From the NCBI GenBank assembly GCA_964567825.1, contig CAZMNX010000004.1:1-56240 (forward strand): a stretch of DNA of 56,240 nucleotides, given 5' to 3'. The notes under the pieces were generated by a model. That model saw only the letters and a program-made list of their open reading frames with translations, did no database searches and was not told the origin of the DNA. Below, in pieces: positions 8,977-19,476 of the stretch. A program made the translations under genes and the position numbers. Position 1 is the first letter of the stretch; every line of letters begins with the position of its first letter. Origin of the DNA: an uncultured Candidatus Saccharibacteria bacterium. GTDB lineage: Bacteria; Patescibacteriota; Minisyncoccia; Phycocordibacterales; GWA1-40-21.

Positions 8977-9047
8977 TGCGGGTAGCGAGAATCGAACTCG
9001 CGTCTCAACCTTGGGAAGGTCGCATTCTGCCACTGTACCATACCCGC
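8977..9047 (-). tRNA. tRNA-Gly(CCC)
   Basis: GCGGGTA acceptor, CGACC-TTCCCAA-GGTTG arm, GTTCGATTC. Confidence 0.95.
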
Positions 9048-9053
9048 ATTTAT

Positions 9054-9434
9054 CTATTTTAACCAATCCAAAACCTTTTGCCAAAAACCTTTCGAATCTG
9101 AGCCCAAACTACTGGTACTTAAACCGTCTGATTTATGAACAATGGTAATCACCTCTTCCCCCGGCTTTACCAAACCATACTTCTCTCTAATTTCTTCTTC
9201 AATTCCCGCTTCAGTTTTAAGCCGGCCAATCTCAACCGATAAATTATTTTGCCTTTGCTCGAGGCCCTCCAGGTTTAAACGAGTTTTATTTAAATTTTCC
9301 TTAGTTATTTCTCTTTTCTTATAAACACTCCAAACCGCGTTAATTAGTACCCCCGCAATAACCACTAAAATAACAAGCGTAACCTTAGAAAACATCAGTC
9401 TCTTAACCTTCTTTTTTTCTTGAAATTCCAGCAC
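9054..9434 (-). CDS. Septum formation initiator (FtsB/DivIC family)
   Basis: TM helix, coiled coil, IEEEIREKYGLVKPGE; GTG start 6 nt after TATACT. Confidence 0.85.
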   Translation of the reverse strand: MLEFQEKKKVKRLMFSKVTLVILVVIAGVLINAVWSVYKKREITKENLNKTRLNLEGLEQRQNNLSVEIGRLKTEAGIEEEIREKYGLVKPGEEVITIVHKSDGLSTSSLGSDSKGFWQKVLDWLK

Positions 9435-9440
9435 CAATAC

Positions 9441-9448
9441 AGTATAAT
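9441..9448. promoter_or_regulatory. Bidirectional overlapping -10 element (AGTATAAT)
   Basis: TATAAT on + (9443-48) and TATACT on - (9441-46), each 6 nt from a start codon. Confidence 0.6.
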
Positions 9449-9454
9449 ACAAAT

Positions 9455-9565
9455 ATGTTATTCGAACAAAAACACAAGAAAAAAGTCAGTGTTATCTGGG
9501 CGGTAGTCTGTATTCTTGTCGCTATTAGTATGATTGCCTTGTATATTCCAATACTCTGGTCTTAA
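9455..9565 (+). CDS. 36-aa single-TM small protein (not in ORF track)
   Basis: MLFEQKHKKKVSVIWAVVCILVAISMIALYIPILWS*; fills the gap exactly, stop overlaps lepA stop. Confidence 0.65.
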   Translation: MLFEQKHKKKVSVIWAVVCILVAISMIALYIPILWS

Positions 9566-11358
9566 TCGTTTCTAATCATTTTCAAAAAAACATCCTGAGG
9601 AATATTGACCGAACCACGATCGGCCATACGTTTTTTACCCTCTTTTTGGCGTTCGCGCAATTTCATTTTACGAGTAATGTCACCACCATACATATGGGCG
9701 GTAACGTTCTTTTTCATGCCCGACAAGCTACGAGATGAAATGATACGCCCCATCGCCTTACCCTGAATTTTAAAAGAAAACATTTGGCGAGGTAAAATTT
9801 TATGGAGTTTCTCCACGGCCTCCTCGGCCTCAATATCGGCTCGGCGGCGCGACACCACCCTTGAAAAGGCTTGGACAATGTCATCGGCCACAAGTACATC
9901 AAGCCTGACAACATCGGCTACCTTCATTTCACCAATTTCATAAGAAATCGAAGCATAACCAGAAGTGAGACTTTTTAATTCGTTAAAATAATTGCGCATA
10001 AGCTCACGTAAAGGCATGGTCAAGCTGACCGAGGTTCGGGTATCACCAAAAACTTCGGAGTCTCCCACCACGGCCTCGTGATCATATAAACTTTGCATTA
10101 TTTCTCCCAAATATTTTGCCGGGGTAATGATTTTTACATTCACCCATGGTTCCATGACTTTTTCCACCGTATTATCATCAGGGAAAAGTGACGGCGAATA
10201 AATCATTTCTTCCTTGCCGTTTTTATAAAAAATTTTGTAAGTGATACTGGGATTAGTTACTACTAAATCCAAATTAAATTCTCGTTTCAACCGTTCCATA
10301 ATTATTTCCAAGTGAAGCATACCCAAGAAACCGCAACGAAAACCGCGACCCAAAGTACCCGAAGCTTCTTCTTCATGAGCAAAAGAAGAATCTGAAAGTC
10401 GTAAGCGTCCGAGGGCTTGTTTTAAATTATCAAAATCATCGGCATTTTCCGGATAGACTGAAGCCCAAACCACGGGATTAGGGGTCATATAACCATGCAG
10501 GGGTGGATTGATATCCTTAAGTGAAGAAACCGTATCTCCCACTGAAGCAATACCCGGCACTTTTATTCCGGTTACAATATAACCAATTTCACCCGAAGAG
10601 ATTTTATCCGTCGCCAATTCGCCAGGTGCGAAAATTCCCACTTCGAGCGCCGAAAATTTTTCATCGGCGACCTTAAAAATGAGTGGTGTGTTTTTTGTCA
10701 CCTCGCCATTTAAAACTCGCACATAGACGATCACTCCACGGTGATTAGAATATTGAAAATCAAACACGAGCGAACGGAAAGTTGTATCACCAGCAAATTC
10801 ATCTTTCGGCGGTGGTACTCTTTTTATAACCTCGGCCAAAAGATTTTCGACGCCTTCGCCCGTCTTACCGGACACCTCTAAAATCTCATCTGGTTCCACC
10901 CCCAACAGTGTCACAATTTCCATCTTGACATCATCAATTCTGGCTAAAGGCGAGTCGATTTTACTCACCACCGGAATGATTTTAAGGCCTGAATCACGGG
11001 CCATATTTAGAGTGGTCAATGTTTGTGCTTGGACACCCTGAGTCGCGTCTACGAGCAAAATTGAGCCTTCCACGGCCTTTAGGGCTCGCGAAACCTCGTA
11101 GGAGAAGTCTATATGCCCAGGAGTATCAATTAGGTTCAAAACGTAGTCCTGACCATTGACTTTATAAGCCATCCTAACCGGTTGCATCTTAATCGTAATT
11201 CCCCGTTCGCGCTCCAGCTCCATGCTATCAAGCACTTGCTCCATCATCTTACGCTTTTCAATCGTGTGAGTAATCTCAAGCATACGGTCTGCTAAAGTGG
11301 ATTTACCATGATCAATATGGGCAATAATGCTGAAATTTCGGATGTGCTTTAAGTCCAT
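9562..11358 (-). CDS. lepA: Elongation factor 4
   Basis: IRNFSIIAHIDHGKSTLADR, DTPGHIDF, GFRCGFLGMLH, YGGDITRK. Confidence 0.98.
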   Translation of the reverse strand: MDLKHIRNFSIIAHIDHGKSTLADRMLEITHTIEKRKMMEQVLDSMELERERGITIKMQPVRMAYKVNGQDYVLNLIDTPGHIDFSYEVSRALKAVEGSILLVDATQGVQAQTLTTLNMARDSGLKIIPVVSKIDSPLARIDDVKMEIVTLLGVEPDEILEVSGKTGEGVENLLAEVIKRVPPPKDEFAGDTTFRSLVFDFQYSNHRGVIVYVRVLNGEVTKNTPLIFKVADEKFSALEVGIFAPGELATDKISSGEIGYIVTGIKVPGIASVGDTVSSLKDINPPLHGYMTPNPVVWASVYPENADDFDNLKQALGRLRLSDSSFAHEEEASGTLGRGFRCGFLGMLHLEIIMERLKREFNLDLVVTNPSITYKIFYKNGKEEMIYSPSLFPDDNTVEKVMEPWVNVKIITPAKYLGEIMQSLYDHEAVVGDSEVFGDTRTSVSLTMPLRELMRNYFNELKSLTSGYASISYEIGEMKVADVVRLDVLVADDIVQAFSRVVSRRRADIEAEEAVEKLHKILPRQMFSFKIQGKAMGRIISSRSLSGMKKNVTAHMYGGDITRKMKLRERQKEGKKRMADRGSVNIPQDVFLKMIRND

Positions 11359-11382
11359 AACAAAATCAGTCTAACACTCAGA

Positions 11383-13059
11383 CTATATCTCCGCAATATC
11401 CACCGGTAATGGTTTTGCCCTCCAAATTTTATGATGCAAGGTTTTCCAAATTTCCTTAATTTCTTGATTATTAAGCAAATTAAGAATAATGACACCGGCG
11501 ATAATCCCCAAAATTCCCGCCAGGAAGCCCTGCATGAAAATACCAAACACAGTATTTAAATTAAAAACATTATCAAACAAATTTAGGCCAAGGTAGGCCA
11601 CCGCCCCCATAATAATCGAGGCGGAAAAACTTTGAAAAATAGTCCGGCGAAGCGCCTTAGTAAAACCCGAAAATTCTTTTCCAAAATAAAACCAAAGTAA
11701 AATACAGTTTACAAAAACGGCTAAAGTATAACCAAGTGGCAACATCAAAACCGCCGTGCCGTCGATACCATTCACACGGAATAATGATTCAATAAAATAT
11801 TGGAACATCGGATACCAAGCAAAAAGTTTGATAAATAAATAAGAAAAAAGAATGATTAAGGCGCCAGAAACAGTACCGATATATAGTGGCCTTTTAGTAT
11901 TACCCATCGCATAATAACCGCGAATAAAAATTAAAATTAAACTTTGAGCGACAACAGAAACAGAAAATAGGGCCAAGCAGGCCGCGGTCAAACGCGTATT
12001 GGACCAACTAAATTCTCCCGTTCCTAAAATCGTACGGACAACTTGGGCTCGTAGAACAATAAACATCATGCTAATTGGCAACGACCAAAGGATAATGTGC
12101 CGAGCTGAGGTGACCATTTCCGTCATAAACTTTTCTCGCTCACCACTGGTAAAATATTTGGCCAAAGTGGGGAAAGCGGCAATCGAATAGCTCACTCCAA
12201 TAATCGAAAGTGGCACGGCTTGTAAATTGCTGGAAAAGTTAAAAATCGCCACGGAGCCCTCTTTCATAAAGGTAGCCATAACTAACAAGAACATCGTGGT
12301 GATTTGAGTAATGGCTAAGGTAAAAGTTCGTGGTACCGATAAAAGCATCACTCGGCGAATACTTTTAAAATCAAAATTGAAACTAAATTTGGGATACATC
12401 CCCTTCTTTGCGACAAAAGGAATCTGAATTAATAAGTGAACCAGGGCACCAAGAATGACCCCGATAACCAAGCCGTTGATACCCCAAAAGGGATATAAAA
12501 CTACTACCCCAAGAATAATACCCAGATTGTAAGCGAGCGGACTTAGAGAGTAAATCACAAACTTTTTATAAACCTGAGTAATGCTGCCAAAAAAGTTTGA
12601 TAGACCGAGGAAAATTGGCGAGAGCAGAAGAATGCGAGTAATCAATATTAATTGTGGAAAATCTTTTGGCAAAAAACCTTTGAAAACTAGCGGCACAAGA
12701 TACGGAGTGATAATAAAAGCAATGATACTGACACCAATAATCAGCAGGAAAAAGAAAGAAAAAACGTTATCAATAAATTTTTTACCTTCCTCGACGCTTA
12801 CATTTACTCTTTCAATAATAAAGGGGACCAAAACAGAAATGGCCACCAAGGACCCAACCGTTACAAAAATAAAATCTGGAATACGAAAGGCTGAATAATA
12901 AATATCCAAAACGTGATTGGCTCCAAATGTAGAGGCCAATAAGCGATCGCGCAATAAACCTAAAATATCAGCTAAAATAGCAAAAAAACCAAGCAAATAG
13001 GCGGCCTCATGTAAGCCGGTAATCTCCTTGCTAAAAAATTTGCTAATTGCCTTGACCAT
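11383..13059 (-). CDS. murJ: Lipid II flippase
   Basis: LGLLRDRLLA..FG...DIYYSAFRIPD, multi-TM MviN profile. Confidence 0.93.
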   Translation of the reverse strand: MVKAISKFFSKEITGLHEAAYLLGFFAILADILGLLRDRLLASTFGANHVLDIYYSAFRIPDFIFVTVGSLVAISVLVPFIIERVNVSVEEGKKFIDNVFSFFFLLIIGVSIIAFIITPYLVPLVFKGFLPKDFPQLILITRILLLSPIFLGLSNFFGSITQVYKKFVIYSLSPLAYNLGIILGVVVLYPFWGINGLVIGVILGALVHLLIQIPFVAKKGMYPKFSFNFDFKSIRRVMLLSVPRTFTLAITQITTMFLLVMATFMKEGSVAIFNFSSNLQAVPLSIIGVSYSIAAFPTLAKYFTSGEREKFMTEMVTSARHIILWSLPISMMFIVLRAQVVRTILGTGEFSWSNTRLTAACLALFSVSVVAQSLILIFIRGYYAMGNTKRPLYIGTVSGALIILFSYLFIKLFAWYPMFQYFIESLFRVNGIDGTAVLMLPLGYTLAVFVNCILLWFYFGKEFSGFTKALRRTIFQSFSASIIMGAVAYLGLNLFDNVFNLNTVFGIFMQGFLAGILGIIAGVIILNLLNNQEIKEIWKTLHHKIWRAKPLPVDIAEI

Positions 13060-13124
13060 TAATTTACACAATTATACAGGATTTTAAGAAATTAAAAAGT
13101 AGTTCGAGATTCACTACTTGCAGC

Positions 13125-13151
13125 AAAATCGCCCCTTTAGGGAGCGATTTT
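13125..13151 (-). terminator. Hairpin terminator downstream of rnpB
   Basis: AAAATCGCCCC-TTTA-GGGAGCGATTTT. Confidence 0.7.
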
Positions 13152-13158
13152 ACATTGC

Positions 13159-13517
13159 CTTCGTACCTATAAGCCGAATCCTGTCCTCCCGACTTTACGT
13201 CGAGATGTCTGACCATTTATCTAGGCCCACCATTACTGTTGGGCTCAAGCGGCACTTCCCTCGATTTCTCTCGGGACACGACCTTGCATTTAGGTAAGGA
13301 TTTAGCCGTTGCACTCCCTAAGTCACCTTAAGGATTCATCCCTCGTCGCTTTCGCTTCTCGGGATGCTGTCTTCTTTTCAAAAAACAGCGTCACTGTTCG
13401 CACCTCGCGTGTTACCACGGACGGGCGTTACCCGCTACCGGACTCCAAACTTGCGTTTGGAAATGTTCGGACTTTCCTCTCCGACGGTTACCGTCGGAGT
13501 AGTCAGCCGATACGGAG
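13159..13517 (-). ncRNA. rnpB: RNase P RNA
   Basis: 5' GAGGAAAGTCCGAAC and 3' ACAGGATTCGGCTTAT conserved P4 segments; CTCCGTATC/GGTACGAAG P1. Confidence 0.93.
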
Positions 13518-13565
13518 ACTTATTATTTATAACACAAAATTAGGATTATTACAAGCAAGATTATT

Positions 13566-15872
13566 TTAGGCGATCTCACAAACACCACCAACACAAGCCA
13601 ACTCCTTTTTTACATCAGTCTCATCACGCTTTTCGTAAGTGATGATTTTAGAATAATCGATATATTCAAAACTCTTAGTCATTTGCAGATAACGCTTTTC
13701 ATCAATTCTTTCATAGGGTGCCAACTGATACACATGATCCTCGCGTGGCAAGAAGGAAAGTCCACCAATCATATCCCAATTTTTGTAAAGCCACTGAGCA
13801 ACTGTAATCCATTCATTCTCCCCGATCGAAATTGTAACCGACGGATTATGATCCGTGAAATTTTGTTTAACCACCTTCCAATATTCTAGTTGCTCGATGG
13901 CAGTTTGATCATCACGGAAGACAGAGCCAGCCGGCGACTTCACTGGAAACTCAAAAACAAAAGTGTTGGCGTTTGATAGAGTCTGACCAACTTCTGGAAA
14001 ATATGGTACGCCTTGATCTTTAAGCATTTTGAAAAGAGTGTCCGTACTAGCAATACGCACGCGACGAATATAATACGGTGCATAGCGAGGATGCATACCA
14101 GAAGAGAAATCAAAAGTTTGTGAAGAATTTCCATCTGGCTTAACGCAAGTAATCGAGGTAGATTCGGCGATACCAAAACGTTTAGCATAAATTTTATTAA
14201 CCTTAAGACACTCTTCGCGCAACTTAGAAAGCATTTTAGGAGTACGGACAATATCACAGTCCCACTGACCGGCGAGGCCGACTCCGAGTAATCTTTCGCG
14301 TTCACAATTTTGCCTCCACTCCTTGGATAAATATTGGAAATTAGTTAGTGAGGCTTGATAAGTACCAATAATGGTGGCGATTCTAATTTTTCTTAGCAGT
14401 GTCGCCTCAGTATCACCGGCCCGGGCAATCACGTTCGTCAAATTACAAAATTGTTTAGATTGTAGAATAATCTCACCGCAAGGATTGGTGCCGATCATGC
14501 CGGTAATATTCTGGCCGTCGTATAGGCCGTCCTCCTTCCACAACTTTAGACGACGCTCGGGTACAGTTTTTGGCAAACTACCACGATTAAAGATTCCTCT
14601 TTCGCCCGATTTAGACTTCATTAAGGCCACCCATTCATCTAGGAAATCTTCTTCAGTTGGCTTTTGCATATAAACGGCTGAGTTATTGGCCAAGGAACGC
14701 TGCATTTCGGTCAAATAAAACTGACCCTTTTTAGCATCTCGTATTTTATCGTCCTCCAAATCAGAGAGTGAAATCATAGCACTACGGCGAACACCGCCAG
14801 AAACCACGATCTCACCAATCTTACACATAATGTCGTGCGCATCGATATTTTCTAGGCGACGACCCTGATGCTTTAACATTCTCTCTCTAGTGAAAGAAAG
14901 TAGCTGACGAAGTGGTTCTGGTCCAGAGGCTTTACCGCCCATAATTTTTAAACGAGCACCAGACGGACGGACTTGGGAAAAATCAAAATCAATATCCTTG
15001 CCATCGGCCCAGGTACTCATACCTAGGGCTAAAGAATCACACCAGCCCTCTTTACTGTCTGGCACCACATGAGTTGGTAATTTTTTACCAGTCTGTCTTT
15101 TAATTTGAGGTAATGACTGAATGTTTTGACTTTCTGCCGACCAACCCACACCCGTACCGCACATGGAAATATACATAATCTCCGCAAAATCTTGCCAACA
15201 ACTTGGAGCAATGTACGAACAATTGTAGGCACAAACATTTGTTTTTCGCGCCGCACTACCAGCGAATTGAAGTAAACGCATCGAGGGCATTGATTCCTGT
15301 TTTAAAATTGACTCTCTAATTTCTTTATACTCTGAATCCTTTAGTTTCTTGCCCAAATTTTCTTTCATAAACGAAACGTAACGATCAACTGTTTCTACCC
15401 AAGTTTCGCGACGCTGTTCGTCATCGATCCAACGCGCATAAGTTCGATAATAAACAAATTCACCGAGTGGATTTCGGAAATATTTTTTACTCTCTTCCGC
15501 TAATTTACGAACTTTTGGCGGAACGGTTATTCCCTTCTCGCGCAACTTCGCTCTTTCCTGTCGATACAAAATATATTCCTTCGAAGTTTTAACATATTCA
15601 CTTAAAATCAATTCTTTTTCCACAGAATCCTGAACGCCCTCAACGGTCGGCACAAAATTTGTATATTTTTTCGAAATTCTGACCAAATCAGCAAAAACCT
15701 TGGTGGCCACGAGCTCAGCTTCTTCCAGAGAACCCTCTCCAACGACTAACATCGCTTTGTGAATCGCCCCAACAATCTTCATTAGGTCAAAAGGAACAAT
15801 CGAACCGTCTCGTTTCTGAATACTTTTTACCAACTTTACCTCCTTTTTACCGCCGACTGTATTTTTGACCAT
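13566..15872 (-). CDS. nrdJ: Class II (B12-dependent) ribonucleotide reductase with N-terminal ATP cone
   Basis: IQKRDGSIVPFD ATP cone, YYRTYAR..RETW, TNPCGEI, TCVKP, C-terminal ACVGGVCE. Confidence 0.92.
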   Translation of the reverse strand: MVKNTVGGKKEVKLVKSIQKRDGSIVPFDLMKIVGAIHKAMLVVGEGSLEEAELVATKVFADLVRISKKYTNFVPTVEGVQDSVEKELILSEYVKTSKEYILYRQERAKLREKGITVPPKVRKLAEESKKYFRNPLGEFVYYRTYARWIDDEQRRETWVETVDRYVSFMKENLGKKLKDSEYKEIRESILKQESMPSMRLLQFAGSAARKTNVCAYNCSYIAPSCWQDFAEIMYISMCGTGVGWSAESQNIQSLPQIKRQTGKKLPTHVVPDSKEGWCDSLALGMSTWADGKDIDFDFSQVRPSGARLKIMGGKASGPEPLRQLLSFTRERMLKHQGRRLENIDAHDIMCKIGEIVVSGGVRRSAMISLSDLEDDKIRDAKKGQFYLTEMQRSLANNSAVYMQKPTEEDFLDEWVALMKSKSGERGIFNRGSLPKTVPERRLKLWKEDGLYDGQNITGMIGTNPCGEIILQSKQFCNLTNVIARAGDTEATLLRKIRIATIIGTYQASLTNFQYLSKEWRQNCERERLLGVGLAGQWDCDIVRTPKMLSKLREECLKVNKIYAKRFGIAESTSITCVKPDGNSSQTFDFSSGMHPRYAPYYIRRVRIASTDTLFKMLKDQGVPYFPEVGQTLSNANTFVFEFPVKSPAGSVFRDDQTAIEQLEYWKVVKQNFTDHNPSVTISIGENEWITVAQWLYKNWDMIGGLSFLPREDHVYQLAPYERIDEKRYLQMTKSFEYIDYSKIITYEKRDETDVKKELACVGGVCEIA

Positions 15873-16071
15873 AAACTTTATAAAAATTACTGACTTAATA
15901 AATTTCTTAACTTTTAATTTAAGATAGGCTAATTTTACACCAAGGGCAGGCACAAAAGAAGTGCATAACGTGAGAAAAGTACAGAGAAAATTAAAAACGA
16001 AGAAATGTAAAGCACCCCGCTCAAAATTACTTACTGGGTATGACTAAAAAGGCGCCCAATTTTAGAAAAAA

Positions 16072-16638
16072 TTATTTATTGAGAAAAATTGCTTGGTTAC
16101 CGACGGCTAAACCATAAGAATCCGACTCTGCGGCATTAATTTCTAGTACGTATTTTGATCTTACATTTGAACCAAAAGTTTTTGGAAAGGTTTGTGGCGA
16201 AATACTTTTTTCAATAGCAACAATTTTCCAATTTTCATCAAAAAATATCATGTCTAAAGATATTAGCATGTCTTTCATCCAAAAAGACCTGGTGGCGGAC
16301 CCATCAAACACAAAAAGCATTCCCCGACGAGGATAAAGCACTTGACGATTTGATAAACCATTCTCTTTTTGTAATGTACTGGTCGAAACTTCAACGTTCC
16401 AGGCATTTTTATCAATTATAATCTGACCAACTGAACTTTTTACAGGCTCAGATGAGGTAGCAGTAAAAAAGTTTTGGCTGGCTGGACCCAAAACTCGCAC
16501 CTGGCTAACCGTTTTCTTCACAACTGAGCTGTTATTCCAGAAAGGATAAAAAGTATTGGGCGACAAACCAGCCCAAAAAATTAAACCGGCAATGATAAAT
16601 AAAATTCCAACTGCTATAAAAGAAAAGACTTTTTTCAC
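16072..16638 (-). CDS. DUF192 family protein
   Basis: GLSNR...GMLFVF...FWMKDMLISLDMIF...YVLEINA. Confidence 0.9.
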   Translation of the reverse strand: MKKVFSFIAVGILFIIAGLIFWAGLSPNTFYPFWNNSSVVKKTVSQVRVLGPASQNFFTATSSEPVKSSVGQIIIDKNAWNVEVSTSTLQKENGLSNRQVLYPRRGMLFVFDGSATRSFWMKDMLISLDMIFFDENWKIVAIEKSISPQTFPKTFGSNVRSKYVLEINAAESDSYGLAVGNQAIFLNK

Positions 16639-16710
16639 TTTTTTATTATACCAGGAAATTAAAATTAATCCACAGGTGGGAGATTCTAAATATTTCTATT
16701 GGCGCGTGCG

Positions 16711-17733
16711 TTAGGCCGACATAAATTCACAAACAATAATCTTGGGTCGTAGGTATGCATTAACAGACGTGATGAGCCTTAAGTCTAATACCTTGATTAT
16801 TCTTAATCTCGACTTTTCTATAATCGGTATCAATAATTCGTGCTTACTGGTATAAACGACCAACTTTCCATCCGGCCTTAACTTTTCTTCGCAATATTCG
16901 ACAAAGACTCTGTAGAGAGATTCGAGGTCGTCATTTTTTGATATCACCATACCAAAAGGCAAATCTGAAACGATAACATCAAAAGTTCCGAAGTTTGGTT
17001 TTTCAAAAAGATTACCCTCCATTATTTGCACTTTTTTAATTAATCCGGCCTTTTTAATATTTTGAATAGATAAAGATAAATGCTTTTTATCAATATCAAA
17101 ACCGATCACTTTTTCTAGGTTCGGATAACATTGCCCAGCTTCAATAATTAACGTTGCACTACCAGAAAAGATATTTAAATAGGAGCGGGCATTTTCCAAT
17201 TGGCAGAAGGAATTGATAGCGTAAGCGATTGTTGGATCTATTGCTCCACTCATGTTTACCGCCCTATACTCTCTTACAGATAGTGGTCTTGGAGTAATTT
17301 GAATACCAAGCTCCCATACTTCCTCATGCTTTACTATGTGAATTTTTAAATCTGCCTCATCATTTTCTGTAAGATCATAAACATCTTCTATATATCTCGC
17401 TACACCCCTCACCGCAGAGGAGCCAGAACCAGCACAAGTAATCTTAAAACTATTAAAATCCTCTTTATGTTTTAAGACAATATCTATAAGCATACTAATT
17501 ATAGATTTGTGCCTTGAGAGATATAGCGGATGATATTTATCATTTTGCATAACAAGATAAGCCCTCGCAACACTTCTTAAATCTTTAATTTGGGCAATAA
17601 TATCCTCTGAAAATTCTAGGTATATTGAATCCGCGTCCTCGCCAAGGATATTAAAATTCGATTGTTTTTTCAGCTCATCTAAAACAACAGGTCTCAGTCC
17701 TGTTATGTACGATAATTTTATTTTAATTTCCAT
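16711..17733 (-). CDS. THUMP-like/UPF0020 RNA methyltransferase
   Basis: RPLSVREYR, FSGSATLIIEA, SDLPFG; the longer ORF-track start overlaps tRNA-Ser. Confidence 0.85.
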   Translation of the reverse strand: MEIKIKLSYITGLRPVVLDELKKQSNFNILGEDADSIYLEFSEDIIAQIKDLRSVARAYLVMQNDKYHPLYLSRHKSIISMLIDIVLKHKEDFNSFKITCAGSGSSAVRGVARYIEDVYDLTENDEADLKIHIVKHEEVWELGIQITPRPLSVREYRAVNMSGAIDPTIAYAINSFCQLENARSYLNIFSGSATLIIEAGQCYPNLEKVIGFDIDKKHLSLSIQNIKKAGLIKKVQIMEGNLFEKPNFGTFDVIVSDLPFGMVISKNDDLESLYRVFVEYCEEKLRPDGKLVVYTSKHELLIPIIEKSRLRIIKVLDLRLITSVNAYLRPKIIVCEFMSA

Positions 17734-17771
17734 ATATTTACTGAGAACACGCCGACATTTAGCTATTTGAG

Positions 17772-17856
17772 CGGAGGGTAAGAGATTCGAACTCTTGGTG
17801 GATTGCTCCACACACGCTTTCCAAGCGTGCGCACTAGACCACTATGCGAACCCTCC
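17772..17856 (-). tRNA. tRNA-Ser(GGA)
   Basis: GGAGGGT acceptor, CACGC-TTGGAAA-GCGTG, long variable arm, G73. Confidence 0.95.
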
Positions 17857-17896
17857 GTAAAAAAGATCTTAACACGAAACAAGATAATTTTACAGA

Positions 17897-18571
17897 CTAA
17901 ATTGATCGATAAACAAATAAGCTCAAGATAGAAAAAACTAGGGATAAATACAGTAAATAAGTTGCAACAATAATTAAACTCGCCCAACCGGTTACAAGAA
18001 ATAATAACAACAGGCCCACCCCAACTGACTGAAGTATCATTTTGATCTTTCCCGTCATCTTGGCTGGCATTAATTTTCCTCTAAAACGAAAATATGATGA
18101 TACAAGCAACAAAATTTCCAAATCGATAATCAGCCCAGCCAAAAGTGGGCTAATCAGTTTAGTGACCACAATCAAGCCTACCGCCCCGATTAATATTTTA
18201 TCGGCCAGTGGGTCAAAAACAATTCCCCAGTCGGTAATCTGATGTCGTGTTCTAGCAATAGCGCCATCGATAGCATCTGATAAAGCGGCTAAGGCGAACA
18301 AACACAAGCCCAGTATATAATTATCGTGTAACAAAAAGAAAATAATAAAAGGAATGGAGATGATGCGGAAAACAGTCAAAAAATTTGGCCGGACTGAAAT
18401 TGGAAATAGCCACAACAAAGTGTGCTGAAAAAAACGATCTGTGACCGTTATTTTGGCCATGTATTTTGATCGAGGCTCGTCAAAAACACTCAAGGCCAGA
18501 ACTTTCTTAAAGAACTTCTTTTCTCTTATCTTCTTAACTCTCTCTGGCTTAATTAAATCGATTTTCTTCAT
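17897..18571 (-). CDS. CDP-alcohol phosphatidyltransferase (PgsA family)
   Basis: PNFLTVFR, SDAIDGAIAR...G...DPLADK. Confidence 0.92.
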   Translation of the reverse strand: MKKIDLIKPERVKKIREKKFFKKVLALSVFDEPRSKYMAKITVTDRFFQHTLLWLFPISVRPNFLTVFRIISIPFIIFFLLHDNYILGLCLFALAALSDAIDGAIARTRHQITDWGIVFDPLADKILIGAVGLIVVTKLISPLLAGLIIDLEILLLVSSYFRFRGKLMPAKMTGKIKMILQSVGVGLLLLFLVTGWASLIIVATYLLYLSLVFSILSLFVYRSI

Positions 18572-18588
18572 TTTTTCATTATATACCA

Positions 18589-19470
18589 CTAACGACCGAG
18601 TAAGGCCTTGATTCTTTCCTCTGTTGGCGGATGGGTACTAAACAAACCTAAAGTTTTTTTGCCCAAACTACCGAATGGATTAGCAATAAAAAGATGAGCG
18701 GTTGCGGTATGTGTATGTTGCATTGGAAGACCGGCATTGCTAATTTTTTGTAAGGCCGAAGCCAAGCCCTCAGGATATCTCGTCAATAAAACACCAGAAG
18801 CATCGGCTAAAAATTCCCTTTTGCGAGAAATAGCGAGTTGAATTAATTTTGCAATTATTGGTGACAGAATTATCAAGACCACGCCGACGATCATCAAAAC
18901 ATTTCCACCTTTACTGTCACTGTTTCTCCCCCGACCCAAACTCCCACGCAAGAAAATATCGGCTAAAATAGAAACAAAGCCGACGAGAACAACGACGACG
19001 GTTGAAAGCAAAATATCCCGATTACCAATATGTGATAGTTCGTGAGCAATCACCCCCTCCAGCTCGGTCTTATTTAAAATTGCGAGCAAGCCAGTAGTCA
19101 CCGCCACCACAGCATGTTCTTTATTCCGACCAGTGGCAAAAGCATTGGGTGAAGGATCGTTTACAATGTAAACTTTGGGCATCGGTAGACCAGCAGTAAT
19201 CGAAAGATTTTCCACGATATGATAAAGATCTGGATATTCATCATGTAAAGCTTCTTTAGCGTGAGATAAACCAAGCACAATCTGGGCCGAAAACCAGTAA
19301 CTAAAAATATTCATTACAACACTAAAAATAATAGCGAAGTATAAAATACCAGGATTACTATAATAATAGCTAATGAAGTAACCGAGAGCGATGATCACGA
19401 TCAAAAACACGGTCATTAAAAACCAAGTCCGTCGAACATTCTTATCTTGCTCAGTATAAACTGTAGACAT
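18589..19470 (-). CDS. htpX: M48 zinc metalloprotease HtpX
   Basis: PNAFATGR, AHELSH, SRKREFLAD, STHPP. Confidence 0.95.
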   Translation of the reverse strand: MSTVYTEQDKNVRRTWFLMTVFLIVIIALGYFISYYYSNPGILYFAIIFSVVMNIFSYWFSAQIVLGLSHAKEALHDEYPDLYHIVENLSITAGLPMPKVYIVNDPSPNAFATGRNKEHAVVAVTTGLLAILNKTELEGVIAHELSHIGNRDILLSTVVVVLVGFVSILADIFLRGSLGRGRNSDSKGGNVLMIVGVVLIILSPIIAKLIQLAISRKREFLADASGVLLTRYPEGLASALQKISNAGLPMQHTHTATAHLFIANPFGSLGKKTLGLFSTHPPTEERIKALLGR

Positions 19471-19476
19471 AATTAA

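Noticed and set aside
13309-13569. 86-aa + strand ORF
   Set aside because: Antisense to RNase P RNA
15873-16071. Cobalamin riboswitch or NrdR boxes upstream of nrdJ
   Set aside because: No B12-box or tandem NrdR palindromes recognisable
16680-17771. Methyltransferase as a defined island at tRNA-Ser
   Set aside because: Position is suggestive, but I found no duplicated tRNA end or junction motif
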